The notes under the pieces were generated by a model. It was not told where the DNA came from, did not search any database, and saw nothing but the letters and a program-made list of their open reading frames with translations. From contig JASLPR010000036.1 of the NCBI GenBank assembly GCA_030744875.1, positions 1 to 63,665 on the forward strand: a stretch of 63,665 nt of DNA, read 5' to 3'. The stretch is from Chloroflexota bacterium (lineage in GTDB: Bacteria; Chloroflexota; UBA11872; VXNJ01). Below, piece after piece: positions 9,995 through 20,512 of this stretch. Numbering within the stretch: the stretch's first letter is position 1; each line of letters opens with the position of its first letter. Made by a program: the position numbers and the translations under genes.

Positions 9995-11422
9995 TTGGAG
10001 ATTTCGCACGCGACGCGGAAAGGCAGGGATCGGCTGGCTCTTCAACTCTATGACACGGCCACGCGCAACAAGCGCGATTTCGTGCCGCGTGAAGACGTGG
10101 TACGGATGTATGTGTGCGGGATGACGCCTAAGGACCCGCCGCACATCGGCCACGCCCGGCTTTTCGTGCATGCCGACGTGATGCGCCGCTACCTGGAGCA
10201 CCGCGGCTACCGGGTGCAGCACGTCCAGAACTTCACCGACGTGGATGACAAGATCATCGACCGGGCGAAGGAACGCGGGGTGGAACCGCTGGACCTGGCG
10301 CAGGCCAACAGCGAGGCCTATTTCGAGGTCATGGACAAGCTCGGGGTGCGCCACGCGCACACCTTCCCGCGGGTCTCGGAGCACGTCGAGGCGATCGTCG
10401 GCGAGATCCAAACGCTGATCGACAAGGGGATCGCCTACGAGACGAGTAACGGGGTCTACTTCGAGGTCGGCAAGTGGCCCGACTACGGGCGGCTTTCGGG
10501 CCGGACCGCCGAAGACGTGATGGCGGGGGCGCGAATTGAGGTTGACGAAGAAAAGCACGACCCGCGTGACTTCGCCCTCTGGAAGCGGCACAAGTCCGGC
10601 GAGATCTTCTGGGACAGCCCCTGGGGCAAGGGGCGGCCGGGCTGGCACATCGAGTGCTCGTCGATGATCCGTCAGCATCTGGGCCCGCGGATCGACGTGC
10701 ACTGGGGCGGCTCGGATCTGCTGTTTCCCCACCACGAGAACGAACTGGCCCAGGCGGAGGCGGGCTTCGGGACGGCGCCGTTTGTGAACCACTGGCTGCA
10801 CCTGGGGGTGCTGCGGATCAACGGCGAGAAGATGGGCCACTCGGTAGGCAATTTCGTGACCCTGGAGACGCTGTTCGAGGAATTCCCGCCGGCGGTGGTG
10901 CGTTTCTACCTGGTCTCGACACCCTACGGCTCGGTGGTGGATTTCACCGGCGACTCGCTTGCCCAGGCGGCGGCGGCGTTTGACCGAATGATCGGCGCGT
11001 TGCGCGCGGTGGCCGGGTCCGGGACCCTGGACACGGGCAGTTCGGCACGGGTGCGTGAGGCGGCGAGCGCGGCGCGGACCGGGTTTGATAAGGCGATGGA
11101 CGACGACCTGAACACGGCCGGCGGGCTGGCGGCGCTTTTTGACCTGGTGCGGGTGATCAACACCGAGGCGGCCACGGCCAGTGAAGCCGACGTGGAACTG
11201 GCAAAGGGCGAACTGGTGGCGCTGGCCGGGGTACTGGGCCTGGACCTAGTGGAGGATGCGCCGGAGAACGGCGAAATCGGGCCGCTGGTGGACCTGCTGG
11301 TGGAACTGCGGACGGCACTGCGCGATGAGAAACTGTGGGCGCTGGCGGATCGCATCCGCGATGAACTGGCGGCCCAGGGCATCACCCTGGAGGACGGCCC
11401 CCGGGGTACGACCTGGCGGTAG
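9995..11422 (+). CDS. cysS: cysteine--tRNA ligase
   Basis: HIGH motif (PPHIGHAR), KMSKS variant (KMGHS) and the WHIECS zinc/Cys-binding motif. Confidence 0.95.
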   Translation: MEISHATRKGRDRLALQLYDTATRNKRDFVPREDVVRMYVCGMTPKDPPHIGHARLFVHADVMRRYLEHRGYRVQHVQNFTDVDDKIIDRAKERGVEPLDLAQANSEAYFEVMDKLGVRHAHTFPRVSEHVEAIVGEIQTLIDKGIAYETSNGVYFEVGKWPDYGRLSGRTAEDVMAGARIEVDEEKHDPRDFALWKRHKSGEIFWDSPWGKGRPGWHIECSSMIRQHLGPRIDVHWGGSDLLFPHHENELAQAEAGFGTAPFVNHWLHLGVLRINGEKMGHSVGNFVTLETLFEEFPPAVVRFYLVSTPYGSVVDFTGDSLAQAAAAFDRMIGALRAVAGSGTLDTGSSARVREAASAARTGFDKAMDDDLNTAGGLAALFDLVRVINTEAATASEADVELAKGELVALAGVLGLDLVEDAPENGEIGPLVDLLVELRTALRDEKLWALADRIRDELAAQGITLEDGPRGTTWR

Positions 11423-11428
11423 CCGGAG

Positions 11429-11803
11429 ATGACTTTGCCGCGCGACGAAATTCGGGTGACCGGGATGACCTTCTTCGCCTACCACGGGGTGAAGCCGGAG
11501 GAGAAGCGGCTGGGTCAGCGCTTCGTGGTGGACGTGGTCGTGGGGACCGACCTGCGGGCGGCGGGCGAGTCGGACGACCTGACCAAGACGCTGGACTACG
11601 GACGCATCTACGCGGTGACCCGGGAGATCGTGGAGGGCGAGTCGCTGGACCTGATCGAAGCGGTGGCGGAACGGGTGTGCGCGGCGATTCTGGCGCTGTC
11701 GCCGCTGGCAGCGGAAGTGGCGACGACCGTGCACAAACCAGCCGTGCCGATTCCAGGGACGCTGGATGAGGCCAGCGTGCGCCTGGTGCGCCGGCGGGAG
11801 TAG
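11429..11803 (+). CDS. folB: dihydroneopterin aldolase
   Basis: 124 aa. IRVTGMTFFAYHGVKPEEKRLGQRFVVDV is typical of FolB. Confidence 0.88.
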   Translation: MTLPRDEIRVTGMTFFAYHGVKPEEKRLGQRFVVDVVVGTDLRAAGESDDLTKTLDYGRIYAVTREIVEGESLDLIEAVAERVCAAILALSPLAAEVATTVHKPAVPIPGTLDEASVRLVRRRE

Positions 11804-11813
11804 CCGAGAGGAC

Positions 11814-13781
11814 TTAGGGGCAGGGAGCGCCGGCCAGCGCCGTGTCGAAGTCGAGGGCGGCAAACCGAACCTCCCAGCGGTCGGCGATGCGAATCGTCCA
11901 CAGCAGCCCGACCTGGTCGCCGGCCGGCTGGGCGGAGGCCAGCCAAGGCGAGCCGGCGAGGAACAACGGGTCCAGTCGGACCGCGCATCCCACGGGCCCG
12001 AAGCCGCCGCCGCCGGCGGGCCGGACGCGGAACATGATCTCGTTGGTGATCCCGTAGAAGACCCAGACGTTGCCGCTGTCGTCGATGGTCATCGCGGTGG
12101 CGTGGGTGCCGGTGGGACCGACCTCCTCGATGTCCGACCAGCCGGTCGCGGGAGTGTAGCTCTGGTAGACCATCATCTGCCCTTGCAGGTGGGCGGCGTG
12201 GTAGGCGAGATGGGAGGTGTCGCCATCGCCGATGATGATGAAATCGTGGGTCCCGAGGAAGCTTCCCAGAGTCTCGGTGACGAGTTCGTCGAGGGAGTCG
12301 CCGTCGCCGACGATCGCGCGCAATTCGTCGATGAGGATGAAGACAACCACGAGATCGTCGCCGGCGAAGGCGAGGGAGCCGCTGCCGCCGAAGCCGACGC
12401 GGACGCCTTCTTCGTCGGTGGTCAACCGGGTCGGCTCGAGCCAAGAATCCAACGAGTCGTCGATGGCATGTGTCAACCAGATGTGGTTGATGGAGCCCTC
12501 CGGGGTCGACTTGTAGCTGCGGATAACGATCCAGGGCAGTCCGTCGGGCCCGATGGCGAGGTTGGAGAGGTAGGCCATGAAGCTGGCTTTCATGTCGGCA
12601 ACCAGGATCGGCTCGCCGAGCGACAACCCGTCCGGGCCGGGCGTTCCGATGCGCAGGAACAGCTGTCTCTTGCTGGAGTCCGCGTAGAGGATGTAAAGGC
12701 GGCCGTCGATCTCGTACATCGACATCCCGAACCCGGTCTGCAGGTGGGTCACCACTTGCCGCTGCTCGAACGAGCGGCCGTCCGGCGAATAGGCGACGAC
12801 GCCGTTGTCGCCGTCAAAGGTGAGTGCATACCAGCCGCCGGATTCGCTCTGCAGTAAATGCCTCTGGGAGTGATAGGCGATCCCGTAGGGGTGGGTGGCG
12901 CGGCCCACCAGGACTCCGCGATCGATCGCCAGTACCGGTTGGGCGGTATGGCGCAGGAAACCCCGAGGATGCGAGGCCCAGGTTTCGACAGGAGCGGTCT
13001 GGCGGAACGCCAACAGTCCGATCCATTCGTCGTCCGGGTAAAGCCGGTCGCGCAGCTCGGTGCCCACCGGGCGGATGGTTACGGTGAGGGTGGTGTGGGT
13101 GTAGGCCTCCAGCACGCCCGCCTGGAAGTACTGTCGCACCACCCCGGTGGGGGGATCGTCCACCGCGACCAGCGCCTCCGGATGGCTGTCGGGCCGCGCC
13201 TCGGTCTTCGGATATCCAAACGAATCCACTCCGCCGAGCCGCTCGAAGGCGTCAAGAAAGCCGGTCTCGTCGCTGTCGACTGAGAAGTTGGACACCGTCC
13301 GTTCCCATGGCCCGACGGTGCTGCCCTCGTTCTTATTGGCAATCGCCGATTCCGCGATGTCGCCGCCCAGCAGGTCCCAGACCAGCCGCCGCTGTACCCC
13401 GCTGTCCGGCCGAAACTCCAGCACCCCATTTTCAAAATATTGCACCAGCACCCCGGGCTGTTCCTCAAATATCTCCGAGATCGGATAGCCCCAGCGTTCC
13501 AGCCCGCCGGTGGCATCGAAGAACCCTAGAAAGTCGGCGGTCGCCACGCGCTCCGGCTCATAGAGAACCAGGAGTCGGCTGACGTTGTGGGCATGGTAGG
13601 AGTTGACAAGGTGCCGCGCTTCGATCACCCGCGCCAGCGTGTATTCGACGGGCGGCGTCGCGGCGGCGGCGCTGGCCGGAAACGACAGGGTCGCGAGCCC
13701 CGCCACCAGCATCACCAGCAGCCACCAGCCGGCGGAGCGCCGGCCATTACCCCGGGGCAGTGCGATATCGCGGTTCGTCAA
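11814..13781 (-). CDS. secreted protein with N-terminal LGFP-like repeats and a C-terminal propeller/sialidase-like domain
   Basis: Signal peptide WWLLVMLVAGLATLSFPASAAA. Repeats GGLERWGYPISE...VQYFENGVLEF and LGGVDSFGYPKTE...RQYFQAGVLEAY. The C-terminal roughly 400 aa are beta-rich. TTG start. Confidence 0.7.
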   Translation of the reverse strand: MTNRDIALPRGNGRRSAGWWLLVMLVAGLATLSFPASAAAATPPVEYTLARVIEARHLVNSYHAHNVSRLLVLYEPERVATADFLGFFDATGGLERWGYPISEIFEEQPGVLVQYFENGVLEFRPDSGVQRRLVWDLLGGDIAESAIANKNEGSTVGPWERTVSNFSVDSDETGFLDAFERLGGVDSFGYPKTEARPDSHPEALVAVDDPPTGVVRQYFQAGVLEAYTHTTLTVTIRPVGTELRDRLYPDDEWIGLLAFRQTAPVETWASHPRGFLRHTAQPVLAIDRGVLVGRATHPYGIAYHSQRHLLQSESGGWYALTFDGDNGVVAYSPDGRSFEQRQVVTHLQTGFGMSMYEIDGRLYILYADSSKRQLFLRIGTPGPDGLSLGEPILVADMKASFMAYLSNLAIGPDGLPWIVIRSYKSTPEGSINHIWLTHAIDDSLDSWLEPTRLTTDEEGVRVGFGGSGSLAFAGDDLVVVFILIDELRAIVGDGDSLDELVTETLGSFLGTHDFIIIGDGDTSHLAYHAAHLQGQMMVYQSYTPATGWSDIEEVGPTGTHATAMTIDDSGNVWVFYGITNEIMFRVRPAGGGGFGPVGCAVRLDPLFLAGSPWLASAQPAGDQVGLLWTIRIADRWEVRFAALDFDTALAGAPCP

Positions 13782-13979
13782 AGCTGCGCTCCGTTGCGTC
13801 TGTCCCGGGTGGACGCGAGAGGCCCAACGGCGGACCAGTCGCCCCCCAAATCAGGCAATTATAGCGGCCTGATCGCCTGTCCGGGGTCATCGCAACCGGA
13901 CTGGACGGCCCCTTCTGAGCCTCCGTTACGCCGGTCCAGTTACCCCGGGCGGCGCTTCGTAGCATCTAGCGGGACGGTC

Positions 13980-16900
13980 CTAGTACTGCTCGTCGGCAAG
14001 CTGGATCGCCTGGTGCAGATCTACCCGCCGGGCCGCCACAAAGCTGACCAGCGCGGCCGCGATCATCGCAGCCAACGCGATGCCGGCGAACTGCAGGGCA
14101 CGCTCCCACTCGACCGCCACCCGGAACGCCGGGGCCCGGGTCGCCCCGCCGACCGCGACTTCGAACATCACCAGGAAGAACCACGCGGCGATGGCCCCGA
14201 CGCCGAGCCCGGCCATCACCGACAGCGCGCCGGAGAGGGAGTTTTCGGTGGCCAGCCAGCGGGCCAGTTGCAGCGAGGACATCCCGGTGGCCCGCAGGAT
14301 GCCGACCTGGGGGCGGCGGCGACGGAACGTGAGCGCCGCCTGGTAGATGAACAGGATCAGCGCCAACAGCAGGATCCAGGCGAAACCGACCGACAGCACC
14401 CCGAATACGCCGACGCGAAGGGGATCGGTGCGCAACCGCTGTAGCTCGGTGGCAACGTCGTGGGCCGAGAGCACCGGCAAGTCCTGAGCCGCGAACCCGG
14501 TCAGGACCTCCTGCAGGTCGGAATCCGGCGCACGCCGCACGAGTACATCCCAGGGCCGCTCGCCGATCTCGAGCATCAGGCGGCGCAGGTTGAGCATGAC
14601 GAACGAGCCGCTGTCGGGGCGGTGGGTGGGGAAGAGATCGGCGCTGCCGGTGACCGTGACCCGCAGATCGGTGTAGGGCGGGCCGCCCGCGCCGTCGTCG
14701 TCGGGGCCGAAACGCAGGTGCAGGCCGGACCCGAGGGAGTGGCCGTCTGAGGCGAGGAGATCGCCAGACACAATTGCTCCGTTGCCGCCACGGAGCGCGT
14801 CAAGCAGGGCCCCGAGCGGCGCGTCGGCGAACTCGTCCTGCCACCAAACGACGCCGGCGAACTCGTCAGGGCTGACGGCGTAGACGGCAACCGGGCGGAT
14901 GGTGGCTCCAACCAACAGGGCTTCGCCGCGCCAGAGCCGGGCCGCCGCTTCGACCCCGGGGGAAGCCAGGTGCAGGTCGGCGGGGAAGTTGGCGTAGGGC
15001 GACGCCGGCGAGTTCAGCCCGGCGCCGGTTTCCCTCAGCCCGGGCCCCAGGTGGGCCGGCGTGCCGGGGGGACGCCCCTCGACCAGGAGCAGGTCGGCGC
15101 CGTAGTAGAAGCGGGTGCGCAACTCTTCGTTCAGATCCAGCGAGGAGGCCGCCGACGCCAGGAAGAATCCGGTGGCGACCGTGGCGCTGACCAGCACGAA
15201 GCCGGCGCGGTGGGTGGCAATGGACCGCAACAAGTGGCGAACGGCGAGTTCTTCGGGACCGGCGCCGAGGCGATCCAGCGCCAGGCGCGCCACTCCGAGC
15301 GCCGGCGGCAGCAACCGTGTGGTCAGCAGGCTCAGCCCCACGATGCACAGGACCGGCGCGCCGACCGTGAGCGGGTCGGAGCGCAGGCCGGCCGCCCAGG
15401 ACGCCCCCGCCCACATGAAGCGCAGCAGCAAGTAGGCACCGGCGACCAGCATCAGCAGGCCCAGGTAGTAGCGCTGCCAGACGGGCGCGGCGCGGCGGCG
15501 GGCGATGCGACTGCGATGGATCACCGCCGAGGGCGAGGAGGCCCCGTAGGCGGCCACGGTAGCGGCGGCGGCGGCGGCGGCCATGGCCGCGGCGGCGACT
15601 ACGAACTGCGCCGTCCCGACCGAGAATTCAGCCCCGGCCGACGCGCCAAAGACCAGGAAACCGCGCGCCTGGTGGATGACCCGGGCAACGTACAAGCCCA
15701 GGAACGGGGCGGCCGCCGCCACGGCTACGCCGAGCAGCAGGAAGTCGGAGAGCAGGAACACGAAGATGTGCAGCGCGCCGGCGCCGCGGCTGCGCAGGGT
15801 GGACAACTCGGAGGCGCGGTCCTCGGCGCCGAGGCGGGTGGCTATCACGACGAAGTAGACGAGCGCCATGACGACCGGCAGCGCGATCAGCAGGAGTTGT
15901 AGCTCGAGTTCGCGGAGGCGCTCGACGGCGCGCCGCAGCGGGATCAGCGGTGATTCGACCACCCGCACCTGGTCCGGCAGCACCTCTCCGGGCAGCCGCA
16001 GTGCCTCGATGGCGCGGATGCGCGCGGCGATGCCGTCGGTGGTGAAGCCCTCGGCGGGGAATTGGGCATACCAGGCGGCCGAGCCCAGGCCGGCTCCCGA
16101 CGCCAGCACCGCCCGAAACGCGGCCGGCTCGACCATCAGCGTGGAGCCGAAGGTGTCTACCGGGTCGTAGAACCAGTAGGGCGACTCGGTCTCCATGGCC
16201 CGCCAGCGGCCGACAAGGTGGGTGGTGACGTAGATCGCCGGCTGCCCCTCGATGTCGGGCAGGCGCAGGCGGATCTGATCGCCGACCAGCAGGCCCAGCG
16301 AGTCCATGCCTACCGTGTTCATGGCGGCTTCAAGGGTCTCCCCGGCCACGCCCGCCACCGGCCAGCGGCCCTCCAGGAGTAGTGCGTTCGTGGCCAGCCC
16401 CTCGATGTAGCCGACCGCCAGCGGCCCGGTGATTGCGCCCGCGACCAGCACCTTCGGGTCGGGGCGCAACGGCAGCGAGACGGCCGCGCGGACGGCCAGA
16501 GTCGGCTCGGCCCCCATGGCCGCGGCCAGCGGCGCGAACAGATCGACTTCGATCGGACGGCCGGTGTCTTCGGACTGGAGCACGAGGACGGAGTTGCGCG
16601 GGACTCCGAACGCGCCCTCGTCCTGGAGTTCGCGCTGGAGCGCGGCCTCGGCTTCGCTATCGGCGAACGACATGATGCCAGTGGCCAGCGAGCCGGCCAG
16701 CAGCAGGCCAAGGAACGGGGTGAGCAGCATGCCGAGACGGCGGCCGACGCTGCGCGCGCCGAGCCACAGCATGCGGGTGGCGGCGACCGGGCGGAGGTCG
16801 ACGGGACGCGCGCGGGCGGGGGTTGCCGCGGCGGGGGGAGGGGATTCGATGGCGGGCACGGTGGGGGTGGCGGGCGCCGGCGTCGCCCGACCCGTCTCGT

Positions 16901-17390
16901 AGTCGACCCGCGCCTCAAGCTCGGCGATAGGCTCCTCGAGCGCAACCAGCTCCTCGCGCAGCAGGCGCAGACGACGCAGGCCCAGCCGAAAACGCCGCAC
17001 GCCGGCCAGGATGCGGGTGGGCGGTGGGGTGGCCTGGCCGCGCAGTTCCTCCAGGATGGCGAGCCCGCGGCCGTCGCCGCCAGCGCGGTAGAAGAGCCCC
17101 TTCAACTGCGTACCGCGCATGCCGGGGAGGTAGTGGGCGGTGGGGACGCGCTCCCAGAGGCGCAGCGCTTCATCGGACCAGGGCGCCTCGAGCAGGCCGA
17201 CGGCGGCGGCGAACTCGCGATGCAGGAACTCGGCAATGGCGTTCTGTTCGGCGGCGGCCTGCAGGCGGTTCTCGGAACGCTGACGCTGCATCTCACGCAG
17301 CGCCCGCCGGTATTCGCCGGCTCGGGTGGGCGACGCGGCGCCGGGCTCGCGCCCGGGCGGAGGATTGGGGCCAGTCGTCCCTTCGTACAT
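13980..17390 (-). CDS. large ABC-type permease with two FtsX domains (MacB/BceB-like, 10 TM) and a roughly 250-aa cytoplasmic N-terminal extension
   Basis: Two FtsX-type 4-helix modules (LSTLRSRGAGALHIFVF... and ILRATGMSSLQLARWLATE...) separated by large extracytoplasmic loops. Start set to ATG 17390 (MYEGTTG) because the ORF-track start at 17570 overlaps folE. Confidence 0.8.
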   Translation of the reverse strand: MYEGTTGPNPPPGREPGAASPTRAGEYRRALREMQRQRSENRLQAAAEQNAIAEFLHREFAAAVGLLEAPWSDEALRLWERVPTAHYLPGMRGTQLKGLFYRAGGDGRGLAILEELRGQATPPPTRILAGVRRFRLGLRRLRLLREELVALEEPIAELEARVDYETGRATPAPATPTVPAIESPPPAAATPARARPVDLRPVAATRMLWLGARSVGRRLGMLLTPFLGLLLAGSLATGIMSFADSEAEAALQRELQDEGAFGVPRNSVLVLQSEDTGRPIEVDLFAPLAAAMGAEPTLAVRAAVSLPLRPDPKVLVAGAITGPLAVGYIEGLATNALLLEGRWPVAGVAGETLEAAMNTVGMDSLGLLVGDQIRLRLPDIEGQPAIYVTTHLVGRWRAMETESPYWFYDPVDTFGSTLMVEPAAFRAVLASGAGLGSAAWYAQFPAEGFTTDGIAARIRAIEALRLPGEVLPDQVRVVESPLIPLRRAVERLRELELQLLLIALPVVMALVYFVVIATRLGAEDRASELSTLRSRGAGALHIFVFLLSDFLLLGVAVAAAAPFLGLYVARVIHQARGFLVFGASAGAEFSVGTAQFVVAAAAMAAAAAAATVAAYGASSPSAVIHRSRIARRRAAPVWQRYYLGLLMLVAGAYLLLRFMWAGASWAAGLRSDPLTVGAPVLCIVGLSLLTTRLLPPALGVARLALDRLGAGPEELAVRHLLRSIATHRAGFVLVSATVATGFFLASAASSLDLNEELRTRFYYGADLLLVEGRPPGTPAHLGPGLRETGAGLNSPASPYANFPADLHLASPGVEAAARLWRGEALLVGATIRPVAVYAVSPDEFAGVVWWQDEFADAPLGALLDALRGGNGAIVSGDLLASDGHSLGSGLHLRFGPDDDGAGGPPYTDLRVTVTGSADLFPTHRPDSGSFVMLNLRRLMLEIGERPWDVLVRRAPDSDLQEVLTGFAAQDLPVLSAHDVATELQRLRTDPLRVGVFGVLSVGFAWILLLALILFIYQAALTFRRRRPQVGILRATGMSSLQLARWLATENSLSGALSVMAGLGVGAIAAWFFLVMFEVAVGGATRAPAFRVAVEWERALQFAGIALAAMIAAALVSFVAARRVDLHQAIQLADEQY

Positions 17391-17520
17391 CGGGTCAGTG
17401 TAGCCTCTGCGACCGCCGCGATGGGGCGGGTTCGTGGCCGGGTGGCGCGGGGCGGGCCGCCGGCTGCCCGAATGGGCTTGCGGGAACAGGCCGTGCCCCT
17501 TGTAGAATTGTCGTTCATGC

Positions 17521-18123
17521 TTGATACCAGCAGGCGTGACACTCACCCGGGGGCCGGCTTTGGACAACAATCACGAGATAGCCAATGCGGTGCGTACGAT
17601 CCTGGGGGCCATCGGCGAGGACCCGGACCGCGACGGGCTGCGGGACACCCCGGAACGGGTAGCCCGCATGTATGCCGAGGTCTTCGGCGGGCTGGAGGAA
17701 GATCCGGGGGCGGTCCTCAGCACGACGTTCGACCAGCCGCACGACGAGATGATCATCGTCCGCGATATCCCGTTCTACTCGATGTGCGAGCACCACCTGA
17801 TGCCGTTTGTCGGTCGGGCGGATGTGGCCTATATCCCCAGCGACCGGGTGGTCGGACTGAGCAAGATCGCGCGGCTGGTGGACATCCTGTCGCGGCGTCC
17901 GCAAATCCAGGAGCGCTTTACCTGCCTGATCGCCGACTACATCGAGGACGTACTGGAGCCGCGCGGGGTGGCCGCCCGGGTCGAGGCGGAACACATGTGC
18001 ATGACGATGCGCGGGATCAAGAAGCCGGGCTCGGTGATGGTGACGACGGTGACCCGCGGCGCCTTCCGCAACAACGACGCGACCCGGGCGGAGTTCTTCT
18101 CGGTGATCGGCAGCCGCCGCTAA
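17521..18123 (+). CDS. folE: GTP cyclohydrolase I
   Basis: [20 protein letters not shown] and [11 protein letters not shown] signatures. Start is ambiguous (TTG 17521, GTG 17536 or TTG 17560). Confidence 0.93.
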   Translation: MIPAGVTLTRGPALDNNHEIANAVRTILGAIGEDPDRDGLRDTPERVARMYAEVFGGLEEDPGAVLSTTFDQPHDEMIIVRDIPFYSMCEHHLMPFVGRADVAYIPSDRVVGLSKIARLVDILSRRPQIQERFTCLIADYIEDVLEPRGVAARVEAEHMCMTMRGIKKPGSVMVTTVTRGAFRNNDATRAEFFSVIGSRR

Positions 18124-18148
18124 GGGCTATCCGGAGCGGTCGCGCGGA

Positions 18149-19162
18149 CTACCTGGGGGCCAGGACCTTACGCAGGACTTCGAAATGCTCCAGCGCGATG
18201 CCAGTGCCGAGGGCGACGCACATCAGGGGCTGATCGGCGACGTGGCAGGGGATGCCGGTTTCGTCGATCAGGAGGGTGTCCAGATTGCGCAGCAGGCTGC
18301 CGCCGCCGGTCATGACCATACCCTTATCAATAATATCGGCGGCCAGCTCGGGCGGGGTCTGCTCGAGGACTGACTTGACGCCGCGGACGATCGACTGGAC
18401 CGGGTCGTTGATGGCCCCGGTGACCTCGTCCGACGTGACCGTGACCGTGCGCGGCAACCCGGCCACCTGGTCACGGCCGCGGACTTCCATGGGGATCGCC
18501 TCGTCCATCTGGGTGGCGCTGCCGATGGCGATCTTGATTTCCTCGGCGGTGGGGTCGCCGATGAGCAAGTTGTACTGCCGCCGGATGTAGTTGGAGATGG
18601 CGCCGTCGATCTTATTGCCGGCGACGCGCACAGAGTTGGATACGACGATGTCGTTGAGCGAGATGACCGCGATCTCAGTGGTGCCGCCGCCGACGTTGAT
18701 GATCATGTTGCCGGAGGGCGCCGAGATGGGCACCCGCGCGCCGATGGCCGCCGCCAGCGGCTCGGCGATCAGGGCGGCCGATTTGCAGCCGGCGGCGACG
18801 GCGGCGTCGCCGACCGCGCGGCGCTCAACCCCGGTGACGCCGGTGGGTACCGAGATCATCATCTCGGGCTGAAACAGCCGGAAACGACCGCAGACGCGGT
18901 CGATGAAGTAGCGCAGCATGGCCTCGGTGACGACGTAATCGGCGATGACGCCTTCGCGCATCGGCCGCATGATGCGGATGCTGCCGGGCGTGCGGCCGAT
19001 CATCTCGCGGGCCGCCCCACCAACGGACTGGATCTTGCGATCGGGCATGCTGACCGCCACCACCGAGGGCTCGCTGATGACGATGCCTTTGCCCTGTGCG
19101 TAGACGACGACGTTGACCGTGCCAAGGTCGACGCCGAGTTGCCGGGGTCCGAAGAAGGCCAA
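18149..19162 (-). CDS. mreB: rod shape-determining protein MreB/Mbl
   Basis: Actin-like ATPase motifs: LGVDLGTVNVVVY, INVGGGTTEIAVIS, MTGGGSLLRNLD. Confidence 0.95.
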   Translation of the reverse strand: MAFFGPRQLGVDLGTVNVVVYAQGKGIVISEPSVVAVSMPDRKIQSVGGAAREMIGRTPGSIRIMRPMREGVIADYVVTEAMLRYFIDRVCGRFRLFQPEMMISVPTGVTGVERRAVGDAAVAAGCKSAALIAEPLAAAIGARVPISAPSGNMIINVGGGTTEIAVISLNDIVVSNSVRVAGNKIDGAISNYIRRQYNLLIGDPTAEEIKIAIGSATQMDEAIPMEVRGRDQVAGLPRTVTVTSDEVTGAINDPVQSIVRGVKSVLEQTPPELAADIIDKGMVMTGGGSLLRNLDTLLIDETGIPCHVADQPLMCVALGTGIALEHFEVLRKVLAPR

Positions 19163-19176
19163 GCGGGGGGGCCGGT

Positions 19177-20505
19177 CTAGCCCGGTATCCGGGGCTGGAT
19201 GCTGCCAACCACGTCGATGCTGGCCCCGAGGGCGACGAGGTCGCCGGCAAGGTCCTGGTAGCCGCGGCGGATGAAGTGGATTCCGTCGATGGTGGTGCCC
19301 CCCCGGGCGACGAGCCCCGCCAGAATCATAGCCGCCCCGGAGCGCAGGTCGTTGCCGACGGTCAGCTCCGCCCCATGCAGGACAGTGGGCCCGCGGATGA
19401 CCGCGCGGGTGCCGTCGACGATGATGTCGGCGCCGAGCTTTTGCAGCGCCGCGGCGTAGCCGAAGCGCCGGTCGAAGACCCGCTCGACGACCACGCTTTC
19501 GCCGTGGGCCTGCGTGAGCAGCGCGCCCATCTCGGCCTGCTTGTCCGTCGGAAAGCCGGGATGGGGCATACTCTGGACTTCGGTGGCCGTCAGTTCGCCG
19601 TCGGAGCGGATGGTAACGTGCTCATCGTTCTGTTCAATGGCCGCACCGACGCCGGCCAGCTTGTGCAGGACCGGCTCGAGATCCTCGGTGTGGACGTCGG
19701 CCAGCTCGACCTCGCCGCCGCACATGGTGGCGGCAATGGCGAACGTGCCCGCGACCAGCCGGTCGGGCAGGACGTGGTGCCCGGCGCCGTGGAGTTCTTG
19801 GCGGCCGACGACTTCGATGATGCTGGTGCCTTCGCCGCGTATTCGCGCGCCCATCGACTTGAGCAGCTGCACCAGGTCCAGCACCTCGGGCTCGCGCGAG
19901 GCATGCACGATGGTAGTGGTGCCCTCCGCCAGGCAGGCCGCCATGATGAGGTCTTCGGTGCCGGTGTGGCTGGGGTAGTCGAGATAGATGCGGGCGCCCT
20001 GCAGGCGCGGCGGGGCATTGGCGATGTAGCTGGATTGCTCGGTCTCGACCGTGGCGCCCATGGCCTGGAACCCCTGCACGTCGACGTTGACCGGGCGAAT
20101 CCCCAGGTCGCAGCCGCCGGGGTGGACGCAGCGGAACTCGCCGAAGCGACTGAGCAGCGGGCCGGCGACCAGGAACGAGGCCCGCATCTCGTTCACCACC
20201 TCGGCGTCGGGCTCGAAGCTGGTGATGTTGTCGGCCGTGATACTGAGCGTGCTGGCGCGGCGGTCGTAGTCGACGTGCGCCCCGAGCCGGCGGACCAACT
20301 CGAGCATGATCTCGACGTCTTCAATGGCCGGGACGTTCGTGAGGTGGCAGGGCTCGTGGGTGAGCAGCGCCGCCGCGATCATCGGCAGGACGGCGTTCTT
20401 GGCGCCGGGGACGCGGAAATGCCCTTCGAGCCGGTCGGCGCCGTGGACTACAAGTTTGTCGGGGACGGTTACGGCCGCACGGTCGCCGGTGGCGATGCCC
20501 GTCAC
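19177..20505 (-). CDS. murA: UDP-N-acetylglucosamine 1-carboxyvinyltransferase
   Basis: EPSP-synthase-fold MurA: VPGAKNAVLPMIAAALL and the active-site region HPGGCDLGIRPV. Confidence 0.96.
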   Translation of the reverse strand: MTGIATGDRAAVTVPDKLVVHGADRLEGHFRVPGAKNAVLPMIAAALLTHEPCHLTNVPAIEDVEIMLELVRRLGAHVDYDRRASTLSITADNITSFEPDAEVVNEMRASFLVAGPLLSRFGEFRCVHPGGCDLGIRPVNVDVQGFQAMGATVETEQSSYIANAPPRLQGARIYLDYPSHTGTEDLIMAACLAEGTTTIVHASREPEVLDLVQLLKSMGARIRGEGTSIIEVVGRQELHGAGHHVLPDRLVAGTFAIAATMCGGEVELADVHTEDLEPVLHKLAGVGAAIEQNDEHVTIRSDGELTATEVQSMPHPGFPTDKQAEMGALLTQAHGESVVVERVFDRRFGYAAALQKLGADIIVDGTRAVIRGPTVLHGAELTVGNDLRSGAAMILAGLVARGGTTIDGIHFIRRGYQDLAGDLVALGASIDVVGSIQPRIPG

Positions 20506-20512
20506 CGGGGGC

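Noticed and set aside
13858-13863. TATAAT hexamer (minus strand) about 75 nt upstream of the LGFP-protein start, considered as a promoter.
   Set aside because: No acceptable -35 element lies at 16-18 nt spacing; the nearest TTGCGA is 26 nt away. A lone hexamer is too weak to report as a feature.
17391-17570. N-terminal 60 codons of the ORF-track version of the FtsX permease, overlapping the folE start.
   Set aside because: The extension is Arg/Pro/His-rich and would overlap the divergent folE gene and its promoter region. The ATG at 17390 (MYEGTTG) gives a sensible 130-nt divergent intergenic region.
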